Notes under the pieces: model-generated
Database searches by the model: none
Told to the model about the DNA's origin: nothing
The model's input: the letters and a program-made list of their open reading frames with translations, nothing else
Shown: positions 10,787 through 22,992 of the stretch, in pieces
Layout of the letters: every line of letters starts with the position of its first letter
How positions within the stretch are numbered: the stretch's first letter is position 1
Position numbers and translations under genes: made by a program
Source: Craspedostauros australis
Taxonomy: Eukaryota
NCBI GenBank assembly: GCA_030167865.1
Contig: JALAGF010005432.1
Span: forward strand, 1 to 56,413
Direction of reading: 5' to 3'
Length of the DNA: 56,413 nucleotides

Positions 10787-13712
10787 GGCTTGGCTTGGCT
10801 TGGCTAGGCCGCGTGGCTTGATTTGTTAGTTGGTTGGTTGGTGATGGGCGTCGCTTGTTGCCACTTGTTGTGGCAAGAGTGTTCATTCGCGACGTGATCT
10901 GGATCATCGATTCAAGGAGCAACAGTGTCGTCGTGGTGGAGATCATTGGCGTTGGACTCTTGCGTTGGGGTTGGTTTCATTCTTCAGTCGTCTTTGGGTC
11001 GTGATGAACATGCCGGAATCTTCGTAGATTTGACGGCATGAGATAGTCTCTTCCATTTCGCCATTTCGCATGTTTCGGTATCTTTCCCAGTCGGTGATGG
11101 AGATGCGGCCAGTGTGTTGGAAGTCTCCCATCTCTCGCACACAGGTGACACCAATTCCGCAAGCTCCGCTCATGGAGGTTGCTTCTTGTTTGGTTGAGTA
11201 CGACTATGGAGTGGCATCAGTATGTAGCTCGTACTCTTCTCCTGACCTTTCCTGTGATCCTCCTCGTCCTCGTCCTCGTCCTCGTACTCTGTTCGAGATT
11301 GCATGAACTGAACCACCACCCTTCGCTGTGCCGATGTCTTCTCGCAACCCACAGCATCTTGCCATCACATCCAGCTCACCATTGCCGTTTTTGTTGGTGT
11401 GATCCAACGAGCTTCCAAGGAGCATCCAACGAGCCTCTCTTGTTCAACTGGTGCAATCGCTCATGGATCTGACGAAGGAGAAGCAAGCCATTCCCGTTCC
11501 GCCACCGTGATGAGAAAAGGGGTCGAACATGCGATGGAACAGCAGCTTTCTCTCTTGGAGAGAGAAAAGAGTGTTCGCCCCCTTGCGACCAACGCAATCG
11601 AAATAGCAATAGCAACGTCGAGGATGCAATTGGAGAACATGGCATGGTTGCGGATTCGCACGCCGTGATGCCTTCTCGTGCCATTCCTTGCCACGCATTG
11701 TACGTCCTCGGAGTTGTGGCGGATCAAGTTTCAAAACGATTGAGGCAATCCAGAGCATTCGATTCTGCGAGGAGCCGTGGTCTCCCTTTCGACGGATGGG
11801 CGAATCCATGAATCAAAAACCTCGGAAGAGAGAGAGAGAGAAACCTTGGATGCTGCGGACGCGATGGTTCTTGGCTGGTGCGCCAAACGCGAAGATCGGC
11901 ACTGCTCCATGCTCACGCCACGCAACGAATGTCAATCGATCGTGGCCGGCTCGACACGTTTGGTGTCTGTTCAACATGGAGGCGTCGTCGAACCGGTTGA
12001 CGACTTTGTCGTCATCACCAAAAGCAAGGGCTCAACTGCACAGGCACCCAATCACCTACGCGCACTCACACTGGTACCACCAAATCACACCGGTAGCATG
12101 AGAGCAATCTTGATGACAACAGGAGAACGCATGGCATGTACAAGTACGATCTCGACGAGTACCATAGCCGCCACGTGATGATGCAATACGGGCACGAGCT
12201 ACGAACAAGATTGCATGAAGAATCGACGCCGCCGCCGATCCCAACAACAACCGAAGATTGTGAGGCCCCTCTTCTGGAGAGGTTGAACCCAATCCATTGT
12301 TGCCTCCCACGCCCTGCTCTGCCCACTCGTATCGCGGCAGCGGTTTGGACATTGGTGCGTGATGTGTGACAAGACAAGTGGGCATGCATCCTTCGTGTTC
12401 ACAGAGGCTGATCTGTTACCGCGCGTCGCATGTCCGAAGCTGATTGGCTTGCCGCTGGCGGCAGACGCCTGGTGCTGCCTCCCCACGAACGAGTCGATCG
12501 AGGACGCAGTGCATGGTATAGAAGCCCCCCAGAAGGGACATGAATGCAGTAACCGAGTGCGAATCGTCGCATCACCAACTTCGTAAGAGAGATAAAAGCC
12601 CGCGGTTATGTGTTGCATTTGTTCGATCTGCTGAAGCGCGCTTCGTGCAAACACAAAGTACGGCGCGGATGTAAACTTCCCCTCTGGCGGAGATCAAAGA
12701 GTGTTTCTGTTATGCTGAGGTTGATTGCAAAGGCATTGGCATCTATTGTTTTTATCATTCTAGTACTCTGTACTACACGCGACAGCATGGCACTACAGTC
12801 CAGTACTTCAAGCCAATATTTCATTTGTGCGTGCCAATCACTCAGCAGACATCGTGCCCTTTTAGAGTGTCGTGTCTTCTGTCGCATTACTTAGGTAAAG
12901 AAAGACTGATGACCAGCTTCTGTCGCATCAGACAACGATGCAAAGCACATTGTGCCTTTCACGAGTATCATTCGTTAAATAGCTCATGATCACGAATAGG
13001 AACCAACAAACGAAATCACTTTGGGCAGGTTCTGGCGTATTCGGAGCGATTGCGCAAGAATTCGAACGACGTTGTGTGTGACACGTTGCATTGCGTGACG
13101 TGACTTCTCATCAGCTTCGTGTATTTGCTGCGCCCGCGTGGCCGAACACGAAGTCGCATCACTTGTCTTCCTCTTCCTTGCGGTCATTCCGGGGTGTATT
13201 GATCTTTGGTCGTGGTGGCGCTCTCTTGTTTTGTCGATGACAGCGCCACTGGTCGGAGTCAAAAAGACGCCACTGGACACGATCCAAACCAGGCAGCGGG
13301 CATTCTCGCCACGCAGGCTTCACACAGAACAGAAGAGTGGTCCAACCAAACAGCGTGGATGATAGTTTCGCCCCTCGCTCTCTCACGGGAAAACCTGATT
13401 CAAAGGCCCAAACAAACCAAGTGATCTCGTTTTGCGTTGTTCGCTTCACACGCGATTTTCAGAGCGCGCGCAAAGGTGGTGGAACGCGGGTTTGCGCACA
13501 GTACCTACGCAATCACAACAGTACGAGTACCCGTAGTAGTAACTCACGCAGTACCATCACCAAAAGGAGGAGACCCTGATCTCTTGAAGTTGTCATAAAA
13601 TGCAAACAAGAACCCAAACAACCCAGACCCAAGCACACTACATCCGCAACACGCAGTTAACGCAAACACTCAATACGCAACACATCACATCACACATACA
13701 ACACACAATACA

Positions 13713-14171
13713 ATGTCGTCCCACTCGAGCTTGGAAATGAAGGAACTGAGGTTCGCAGACGTCACCGTCCAGACCTACCCCATCGTGCTTGGCGACAACC
13801 CAGCCTGCTCCGTCGGTGCGCCCGTGCAGCTGAGCTGGGATCCCGTCTCCACTGAAGTCATCGACCTGGAGTTCTACGAGTTCTGCAGAGCAAGGGAGCG
13901 AAGATCGACATGCAGAGCGCTGCCAGCCGAGAAGAGAGGCAAGCTGCTTCTGAAGGCGGGATACAGCATGGAGGAGATCGCGTCCGCGGCGCTGCAGGTG
14001 GACGCCATCCGCGCGCAACGAGCGGAGACCCTGTCGTCGAGCCAAGGCTGGGAGAGGCTGGGAAGCCTTCTGCTCAAGACCGGCAAGCTGCCGCGTGGAA
14101 TCCTCAAGGGCTTCGTGTCGGCAGGCAAGGCGTTGGTCAAGCCAGTGCAGCAGGTGGCGAGATCAGCGTAA
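13713..14171 (+). CDS. Small protein of a diatom-expanded family (LGDNPxCSxGxP motif)
   Basis: 152 aa, GC3-rich. LRFADVTVQTYPIVLGDNPACSVGAPVQLSW...DLEFYE...R..LLLKAGYSMEEI. Family recognised from memory; function unknown. Confidence 0.8.
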   Translation: MSSHSSLEMKELRFADVTVQTYPIVLGDNPACSVGAPVQLSWDPVSTEVIDLEFYEFCRARERRSTCRALPAEKRGKLLLKAGYSMEEIASAALQVDAIRAQRAETLSSSQGWERLGSLLLKTGKLPRGILKGFVSAGKALVKPVQQVARSA

Positions 14172-16189
14172 GCTAGCGAGAGTCCACTGACGCTCTCTAT
14201 CTATCTATCTATCTATCCACCACTTGGTGAGCCGGTTCATCCTCCATCTCCCAACAGCAACGGCAACAACCCTGGCAGCGGGTGTTGCTTGGGGTTCTGG
14301 TGCTGGCAGCTTCAGCCGCACCACCAACATCAACATCACGCAGTTGTTGCTCCGTTCAGCAGGCGCCCACGGTCAAAATCAGCCGTCATGACCCTGGCCA
14401 CGGACATGACCCATGACCGTCGCCTCCGGCGTATAGGACACGAACCCCAGAGCAGAGGTGGCCGTCTCATTCTGTGGGAAGCCCCAGAACAGCGCACATT
14501 TTTCGCTCCAGAAAGATGGAGGAGGCGCAGAAATGGAAACAGCGCTTCTGCATCGTCTTCCCTTGCTGCAACCACCTCCATTCTCGCCTGAGCATAATAG
14601 AATACTCATACATAGAGTACCACACATCCCAGCATCATTCCGAAAAGGAACGCAGGGCATCACAGCGGCAACGATGTCGCAGTGCCACTCTCCACTATCC
14701 CTCAACGCCACGTTGTCCACCTATCAAACCAGGTTGGGCCGTTGCAGCACCAGAGATCCCACCGAATCTAGGGAGTTCGAACGAAGCAGGGCCACCTCAC
14801 GGACATCCACTCTCTTGCCAACAAACACACAGAGCATCCAACCATGACGACACTGCAACTTTGGACACCATACTGAATCATGTAAAAGATAGTGTATCAA
14901 TACAATACAATACAGTGCCAGAATCTACAACCATTCCCTCAACCCAATCCACATGCTGTCCTCGCCTTTGACCAGGCAACTCTCCATGTTTGCCACGCTT
15001 ATGCCTGTCGGACTCCCACCACACCTCCACCCAAGCGATCCGCTCCACATTGATCTGCCACCATGGGTGTGTGCGCCAACACCGACCGCCATCGCATCCA
15101 CATCAACAACCTGTCCCAGCACGATCTATCGCTGTCAAGTATAGTAGAAGAGTCCAACGCAGTGCCGCTCCGACACATCACGTACGAGCAATGGACAAGG
15201 CAAGAGCAACGCACATGACGATGTGGTGATCGGGAGGTCTTGGCGAGGCGCGTTCTCCTTGCTCTGCCTCAACTGCACTGACATGCATTTCTACCTGTCC
15301 TCCGACATCGTGGGCCTCTCCCATTGCACTCTTCTTCGCCACCAACACACTTGACGAGACCAACCAACAGAGCGCGAAGAGAAACAGCGGAAGAGACAAA
15401 ATACCCCTGATCAAAAACTTTGGCCGCGAGCAGAACTCCGTGATTGGCGAACAGGGAAGCCGATATCACTTTGTCACGAAATGGGACATTGATTTCCGTT
15501 GTATGTGTCGACTCATTCGACTATCAACAGAACAATTGCATCTGGTGTTCGCCTCCAAATCGAATCATGTCATGCCACGTGGAATAATTCCAGACCTGCA
15601 GATACCTTTCACGGAATCCAACCACGGTTCTTGACGAAAAGACAGAAAACAGGGAAAGATCCGATGATGTGCGCTTCCGTGTTGTCTCCCTCCTTGTGCG
15701 CAGATGGCGCTGTTGTTGGTGGTTGTGGTGTGACATCTGCTGGCCGGTTTGGGTCTGATGTCCTTCGCCGTCGATGATGTCTCCCCTGCTGCCGCACTTG
15801 CTCCCATCTGCATGACACCCAAGGTTTCGTGTCTGTTCCTTGCGTGTTCTTTCGGTCGCCGCCAGCCAATGAAAGTGAGGGGAGATCTTGTTCGCAGAAG
15901 AGAGAACACAGCAGGGCCAACCGATGAAGCAAATCGGTCATCCTGTTCCGCCACTCCTTCCCGATCCTTGCCGCATCTTCTGCCATCATCGCAGCTGCCG
16001 ATTCCAGTTCCATTTGTCGTCATCGTATCATCTTCCATCGGCTTCCTTCTTTCCCTCCCCCCTGTTCACAACAGAGATTGAACGCCCCATCCACTCCACA
16101 AGAGAGACTTTGGGCATTCCATTCCATTCCATTCCGCCTGACACAAGAGCACACACAAGCACACGTGCACACATCTCCAGCCGACAACG

Positions 16190-16221
16190 CCTGTGAACAC
16201 CCTGTGAACACCCTGTGAACA
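16190..16221 (+). repeat. 3x 11-bp tandem repeat CCTGTGAACAC just upstream of the GH30 start
   Basis: Copies at 16190, 16201 and 16212 (last one lacks the final C). Confidence 0.9.
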
Positions 16222-16229
16222 TCATCACC

Positions 16230-19058
16230 ATGGCGCCGAGCGAGACCAACCCGCTGCTCAACAAGCCAGTGAATGGCGGCACCAACGGCGGCGCCAACGG
16301 GAAGGACCATGGCGTCGACACCTTCGATGACGAAGCGGGCGCCATCGCCGATCCCTCGATCACCCATGAGGACGGCCTCGCGCGGTGGTTCTCCAGGATC
16401 AAGTTCGGCGCCGTGCTCGCGCTGCTCCTCGTCATCGTGCTGATCTACGTCCTCAGCACCGACGCGTCTGACGATGACGGCATCTTCAGCAGCGACAGCG
16501 CCAACATCAGCCCCTTCGCGCCACCCAAGAACCTGCCAGCAACAGGCGATGCCACGTGCGCTTCGGAAGGAGCCTCGGAACCCGTCCCGCCTGCCAAGTT
16601 CCGCCCTCTCTGCGTCACGCACGCCAAGGGGGCCAAGGCCCGCATCGTGCAGACCAGCCTCGGCGAGCCGTCGCAGCAATGGGCCACGGTCCCCTGCTAC
16701 GAGCCGTCCTCGGCGGGATACCTTTCGGCGTCCCACAAGAATCAAGGCCCCAACGTCAACGGCTACGGTGCGCCGGACGCCATCATCAACGTAGACCTCA
16801 AGGCGTCTCCCTTCAGCGATCAATCTCCCATCCTGGGCTTCGGCGGAGCCTTCACCGATGCCACGGGGCTCAACTACAACGCCCTCACTGCGGAGGCCAA
16901 GGCCGCCTTTCTGGAGCTCCTGTTCGGCAAGACGGGCTTGGGCTACGCGCTCGGACGCGTGCCCATGAATTCCTGCGATTTCTCCATTCACACCTACTCC
17001 TTCGATGACGTCGACGGCGATTTCGACCTCAACCACTTCGATACGCAGGTCGCCCACGATCGCGACCTGGGCATCATCGAGATGGTCAGGACGGCCTCCA
17101 AGCTCCTCGAAGAGAGCTGGGGAGCACCTCCTGCTGAGGGCATCACAGAAAGCGATCGCAAGAGCGACGACAAGGTCATGGATGGGTACCTCAGGACATT
17201 CACTAGTCCGTGGTCTCCACCGGCGTGGATGAAGGAGAGGATGGTCAACAAGACCAAAGATGAGGATGAAGATGAGGATGGTGACGATGACAACGACGGT
17301 GACAACGACGAGGGAGATGAAAACGGTGGAGACAGACTGCTTCAGGAGGATACCGAGGTCCAGTACCTCCCCCAATCCATGCTCGGCAGCACCGATGGTT
17401 CTTGCCTCAAGGAAGGCCCAGGACCTGACTCGCGCTACGCCCAGGCATGGGCCTTGTACTTTTCCAAATTCATCACAGCGTACAAGGATCAGGGCGTGTC
17501 GTTCTGGGCGGTCACCGTGCAGAACGAGCCGGAGTTCCCAGCCCCATGGGAGGCGTGCGCCTACACGCCAAACGTCGAGGCTGCCTTCGTTGCCAACCAT
17601 TTGGGCCCACGCCTCCAGAGCGATCACGAGGATGTCAAGATATTCATGTTCGATCACAACAAGGACCACGTCAACAACTGGGGCAAAGTCCTGCTCAACC
17701 CAAACCACCCAGCCTCCAAGTACATTGACGGAACCGCCGTCCATTGGTACGCAGGCGGCATGGACCGCCTCCTGGATGGTGCCGTCGGTGCTCCAAACCT
17801 CCATCAATACCAGAGCCTGCTGGATTCAATGAACGTCACCAAGAAGCACATCGTGATCAGCAGTGAAGCGTGCCACTGCCCCTCGACAGGATACTCCGGC
17901 GGCGACATCGAGGTGTACTGGGCACGTGCCGAGCGGTATGCCCACACAATCCTTTCCGACCTTGCCACCGGCAGCCACGGCTGGGCCGAATGGAACTTCT
18001 TGCTCGATGGCTGGGGCGGTCCCAACCATCTGGGTAACCTCTGCGACACCCCTATCCTGGCCGTCCCCCACCGCGCATTGGGAGGAGAAGAAATCCCAAC
18101 AGTCTTGCCTTGGGAGGAATCCATCGAGTTCGGTTCGGCCAGCCACGGCGATGACCGGACGCGCGAGGAATTGGAAGCCTACGGTTTCCCAGCGAAGTAC
18201 CTCGACGTCGGTCTTGCAGTCCAACCGATGTACTACTACATGGGACACATCAGCCGATACGTGCGACCGGGTTCCCGTGCCGTTCTGGGAATCATGGCTG
18301 GCAGCGAGCCCATCGACTCGACAGATTCCAAAGAAACAACCCGCGTCTTCCGTCCTCCGGGCCAGAATGTTGCCGGCGGTGGCATGAACGATCTGGCCCG
18401 CGTGGGCGTCGAAATGACTGTCTGGCCGTGCGAAGGTTCCACTAGACAGCATCTCACATTCAACAAGAAATCCCAAATCGAGGTCTACGGTCATGACTGG
18501 CTAGGACATCCCACCAGCGCATGCTTCGGTTCAGACAACAGCACCGACTTCGGCGGTGTCGTGCTATCCTCGTGCGACACAGATGACGGCGACTTTGGCA
18601 CATTCAACAAGAGAGCCTCTGCGAGAGCTGGTTTCACCCAATTCCAGCTGACGAATGGCTCCGACGAAGACGATGGCAACACCGAAGCCCGATGCCTCGC
18701 GATTCAGAGACTGGCCAACGATGGTGGTGCGCTCGGTCCGCTTGGCGGCGCGCAAGTTGTGCTGTCGAACTGCACAAGCACGGCTTCCGATTGGATCGTT
18801 GATGAATCCAGCTATGGCACAGGCATGGAAGTGCGATCGCAGCACTTCGACGAAGGCGAGGTGTGCATGACGACGGGCTGGCCGTTCCTGCAGATCGGCG
18901 CATTCAACACACCCAACGGTGCCAGCGATAGCACCGTGATCGTCCTGAACGAAAGCAGAGATGCTGCCAACTATGTGCTTTACAACGGAGACGAGGCTCT
19001 GCTGTCTGGGTCCATCCCACCACGTTCCATCCAAACCGTGCTGATCGATGACGAATAG
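16230..19058 (+). CDS. Glycoside hydrolase family 30 (glucosylceramidase-like), type II membrane, with ricin-B-like insertion
   Basis: GFGGAFTDA, RVPMNSCDFS, SPWSPPAWMK, QNEP (acid/base), SEAC (nucleophile), GGPNHLGN, QPMYYYMGHISRYVRPGS. N-terminal TM segment. Confidence 0.92.
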   Translation: MAPSETNPLLNKPVNGGTNGGANGKDHGVDTFDDEAGAIADPSITHEDGLARWFSRIKFGAVLALLLVIVLIYVLSTDASDDDGIFSSDSANISPFAPPKNLPATGDATCASEGASEPVPPAKFRPLCVTHAKGAKARIVQTSLGEPSQQWATVPCYEPSSAGYLSASHKNQGPNVNGYGAPDAIINVDLKASPFSDQSPILGFGGAFTDATGLNYNALTAEAKAAFLELLFGKTGLGYALGRVPMNSCDFSIHTYSFDDVDGDFDLNHFDTQVAHDRDLGIIEMVRTASKLLEESWGAPPAEGITESDRKSDDKVMDGYLRTFTSPWSPPAWMKERMVNKTKDEDEDEDGDDDNDGDNDEGDENGGDRLLQEDTEVQYLPQSMLGSTDGSCLKEGPGPDSRYAQAWALYFSKFITAYKDQGVSFWAVTVQNEPEFPAPWEACAYTPNVEAAFVANHLGPRLQSDHEDVKIFMFDHNKDHVNNWGKVLLNPNHPASKYIDGTAVHWYAGGMDRLLDGAVGAPNLHQYQSLLDSMNVTKKHIVISSEACHCPSTGYSGGDIEVYWARAERYAHTILSDLATGSHGWAEWNFLLDGWGGPNHLGNLCDTPILAVPHRALGGEEIPTVLPWEESIEFGSASHGDDRTREELEAYGFPAKYLDVGLAVQPMYYYMGHISRYVRPGSRAVLGIMAGSEPIDSTDSKETTRVFRPPGQNVAGGGMNDLARVGVEMTVWPCEGSTRQHLTFNKKSQIEVYGHDWLGHPTSACFGSDNSTDFGGVVLSSCDTDDGDFGTFNKRASARAGFTQFQLTNGSDEDDGNTEARCLAIQRLANDGGALGPLGGAQVVLSNCTSTASDWIVDESSYGTGMEVRSQHFDEGEVCMTTGWPFLQIGAFNTPNGASDSTVIVLNESRDAANYVLYNGDEALLSGSIPPRSIQTVLIDDE

Positions 19059-19329
19059 AGCACTCAAACAATCTCTCTGGAGAGAGAGGGAGAGAGCAAC
19101 TGCTTCGAAGCCGCAGGCAAAGAAATGATGAAAGGAGTCAAGATGATCGAGACGACAAGTCGCGTGGTGGAGTGGATTGCAAGCCGTCACAAAGGCACAT
19201 CCAAGCACGACATGCAACAGTTCTATTCAGCATTCACGTAAAACAAACATATTATCATTACCTTCTACTCATATACTCATACACTAAATGCATGCGATTG
19301 TCGCTGTGCGATGCTGCATGCTGCTGTTA

Positions 19330-21922
19330 TCATGACGAGGCCTCCTTTTCCTTTGAGTCAAACGTCCCGACTTTGGGGATGGCTGTGAGGTCGAGACTGA
19401 AGTCTTCCCTGTTCGTAGTGTATTGCGACTGGTCGTCAGTGCCAACCGTGAGTTCGCCATCTCCATTGCCTTCCGCGAAACTAGAATTACCGACAGGCGA
19501 AGATGGCAATTCGCCGTCTGCGAACAATGGTCGTGATGCATCTCCCAGCTGCGAAAGGCTGCCCTGCTCCTGACTCGACTTGTCGGCCTGCGATGGATTG
19601 GCGATTCGGCAAAAGATGAGATCCTCTGACGCGTCACTGGCAACGTCTCCGATGCACTGAATGCCATTGCTGATGCTGGTCTTCACCTTGCCGATGTAGT
19701 GGCTGTTCTGCTTGATGCGATGGCCGATGCTGTAAACATACTGCGCAAAGCCACCGACAGATGAAAAGCCGGCATACCCGTCGGTCCCAGCATCGGTCTC
19801 TTTCGGGGCAGCAACTCCCGCTCGAGTCTCGCGGTCTTCGTTGATGAAATCAGAAGTACGACTCGTCGTCGATGACCCGCGTCGCATGCTTGGATCGGTC
19901 GGTGTGGCAGTGCTGGGTTTCCTCGTCTCACCATTCTTCTGTTCGGCCTCACATTTTGCATCGCCGCCACTTGCAGCCTGTTCGACAGCTATCAGACTGT
20001 TGACGCTTTGGTTGTCGTCGTCGTTTGGGGGATCAACGTTTTCCCGCGAGGCATTCTTCTTTTCACTTTCTTCCTTTGTTTCTTTGTCATCTTTCTGAGC
20101 ATCGACCAACACCGCCTCGATCTCTTTCGTTGCCTGGCTTTCCACGAGATCAGCTATTACGCTTTGCTCTTGCTGCGGCTCCTGTCCTGGCGCCACCTGT
20201 AGTTGCTTCTGTTCCTTCTTTTGCTGCTGATCGTCATCCGCCTCCGTGCGGTTCATTTCGACCTCTGCCCGAGTCAGAAAGAGGTCCAGCACAATCTGAG
20301 CAGTCCTTTCTTTGTACTTTGAGCCTCTGTTGTGGGTGAGCTCCGTGACATCGGTGCCACCAGCGCACGAACCATCGCGAGGAACACGCTTGAGGTCTCC
20401 TGTCAATCTCAGATCGCCGAGTTGCTTAATCGAAGGGCTGCCAGCTTTCTCACTCGTCGTGCCAGTAGCAACAGACGTATTTTCGGTAACAGCTGGAGAA
20501 GCAGCACCTGCAACACTGTCAGGAGCAGTGTCGGCCGTCTTGTCCGCAGATTCATCACTAGCTGTGGCAGCAATGGTGTCCTTCGTCATTTCGGAAGCAC
20601 GCTGACCTTTTGCGCCGGTCGTCTGATCTTCATTTTTGTCGGATTGTCCCTCCATGATCTCGTCCAGCGTGTCCTTGCTTGCGTCATCAGAATCGGAGCT
20701 GCCAGCAAAGACAAGACGGCGCTGGATGTTGCCTCTGCTGCTGTCGCTATTGCTGCTGCTGTTGAAGCCGCTGGAACCGTTACTGGTCTCGTCTTCAAAT
20801 ACACTAATCTGCGCATGGGATTTCTTTCTGCCTTTGCTGCTTCCGATTGCATCGTCGTTTCCACTGATATGGATGAGGTCGGCAATGTCAGCAATGTCGG
20901 CAAGGTCTGAGCCCACCGGTGAACTTCCTGCTGCTGTTGGTGCGCTGTTGGCGACCTGCGATCGAGGTAGCAAGGGAGAGACGTGCTTCTCTTTCGTTGT
21001 CTTCGCTTGCTTTTCGTCCTCCTGTGTTTCCTCTGCTTCTTTCGGTTCTGCCGTTTGATTGTTTGCCGCTTTCGTCTCATCACCATCTTTGCCAAACCTT
21101 TCGTTGGAACCTGCTGGGAAACTGACCCATTCTGCATCGTTCTTTATGGGACTGAAGCTAGCCTCAAACAGTCCAGCTCCCAAGTTGTCGTTATGCTTTG
21201 GCGCATCATCAACGAAAGCAGCATCAAAGGCAGATACGACATCTGTTGGACTGGCAGCGTCATGTTTCGGGGTCTTGCTGCTGCGGTGCGCATTTCTATC
21301 TGCGGCCGTGGTAGATTCTTCCACGAAACTGATGTGCTGCGTCGGGTCATGGCGTCCATTCCAAAATGGAGAATTCTTTGATTGTGGCTTTGGGTTGGCG
21401 TCTGATCTCAGCGGGATGATCGGCTCCAAGTCCTCTTCGAGCTTCGTGAATCGAAATGAGGGGCTCTTGGAATCCTGAATCGTGCGAGTCCGTTGTTTAT
21501 CGGTATCAGCAATTGCCATTGTCAGTTGATTTAGATCGAGGATTATCACAAGCAGCGGCGCAGTCAGGTGTTAGGATTGAATCGAAATGAAGTCGAAATG
21601 AAATTGAAATCGAAGTTCGCAAAGAGCGCAATGGAGTGCAGTAGTTTGGCATGACGGAATGATCATGCCACCCATCTTGCGGGGTGCCACCTCCACCACA
21701 CGCACATTGCAGACGGTAGGTTGTGTGACACCGCGAGTGCACTCGCTGAAATCTGCTCACCCTGTGGATCGGCGACAGCGCGGATGCGATACCGAACTTC
21801 TTCCGCATCACCTTGCTCAGTCTTCCTGGAGTGGTGCCCATGGCCAAGTAGGATGTCTTCGTGGAAGACCCCAAGGCAGACGACGCATTTGATGACGTCT
21901 CGGCATCGTGAAGCCGCGGCAT
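19330..21922 (-). CDS. Large, largely disordered hypothetical protein; exons 21922-21761 and 21474-19330
   Basis: 739-aa open frame rich in D/E/S/T. Upstream exon MPRLHDAETSS...PIHR ends at a GTGAG donor (21760) and joins in phase 0 at TTCAG|GAT (21475/21474). Confidence 0.75.
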
Positions 21923-22162
21923 GTTGACGATGGATGCGCGACTCTGGGCGTTGCGTGGGTCCTGTCTCTGTCTCTCTCGCCCAAGCGCCTTGGTATGAGA
22001 TTGCTTGAATGCGATGCAATGCAATGCGATGAGACGATGATGATGACTTGATCGCTGATGTCTGTGTCCTTCGTTGTCGCTGCCGCTATTCGTGATGCTC
22101 GATGCCGCTAGCAGAACCAGAGGCAGTTGGCCAGTTAGTGAATCTGTCGAACAAACGATAGT

Positions 22163-22224
22163 TCAATCAATCAAACAGTCATTCAATCAAACAGTCAATC
22201 AATCAATCAATCGATCAATCGATC
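22163..22224 (+). repeat. Degenerate (TCAA)n microsatellite
   Basis: TCAATCAATCAA runs in intergenic DNA. Other simple repeats occur at ~14196 (ATCT), ~22811 and ~47094 (GA), and ~33783 (GAAT). Confidence 0.8.
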
Positions 22225-22992
22225 AGCGGATGCATCCAACAATCGAACAACCAGGTTGGTGCTCATCTTCTCTCATCGCCCCCTCCATGAACAAACGCCA
22301 CCAACAACGCTCATCATCACCTGCTGTCCAGCATCGCTCTCCCATTCTCATGGCATGATCGTCACATGATGTTTGCGTCCACATTTGATTGAAATGGAAC
22401 GTGATTCTCGGCGGGAAACTTGTGAGCGGGAGGCATTTTGAATCTCGTTGGATTTCCGTTGTCACGTGCGACAGTCTGCAGCGACACACATGCGTTAAGT
22501 GGCATCACTTCGCGTCTCACAAGTCATCGCGACACGTCGAGCAAGGCACTCCAGTCGTGTCCCGTGATGATTCAAACACATTGTGATCGAAGTGGTCGCT
22601 TTCTATCTTCCAAGCCGCAAACCACGACTTGGTGGTTGCGAAGAAGCACGACTGGAAATCAATCAGAACACAAAACGGAACCAACAAGAGAAGAACGGAT
22701 CTTTGCGATCGCCGCCAAGAACGAGGAGCAGAGAGATGAGAAAGATGCAACCATGACACAAACCTGGAGAGGGTGAGAGAGGAAGGAGCGTATAGTATAA
22801 TACATAAGACAGAGAGAGAGAGAGAGAGAGGATTCATCATCATAAGGGCGATCCACCGCAATACATCATAATCCAAGTGGAGGCGAGTGTTGCACAATCG
22901 CATAGCTTGCATAATACTATTCCATACAGGATCTAGAATACCTGTTACCAATCAACCGCCAAGATCCCAGAGAAGCTTTGACAAGTCTGATC

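Noticed and set aside
11000..13300. Short protein-like frames (e.g. 11777-12178, 12136-12369)
   Set aside because: No consistent frame, splice model or motif. They could be a decayed gene but this cannot be supported.
15178..15469. Hydrophobic signal-like minus-strand ORF fragments
   Set aside because: Short, non-ATG starts and no recognisable family.
16020..17807. Long antisense ORFs (595 aa here; also 41078-42886, 27191-28444, 3668-4849, 34078-35052, 36456-37721)
   Set aside because: Shadows of GC3-rich genes on the opposite strand, with no recognisable motifs.
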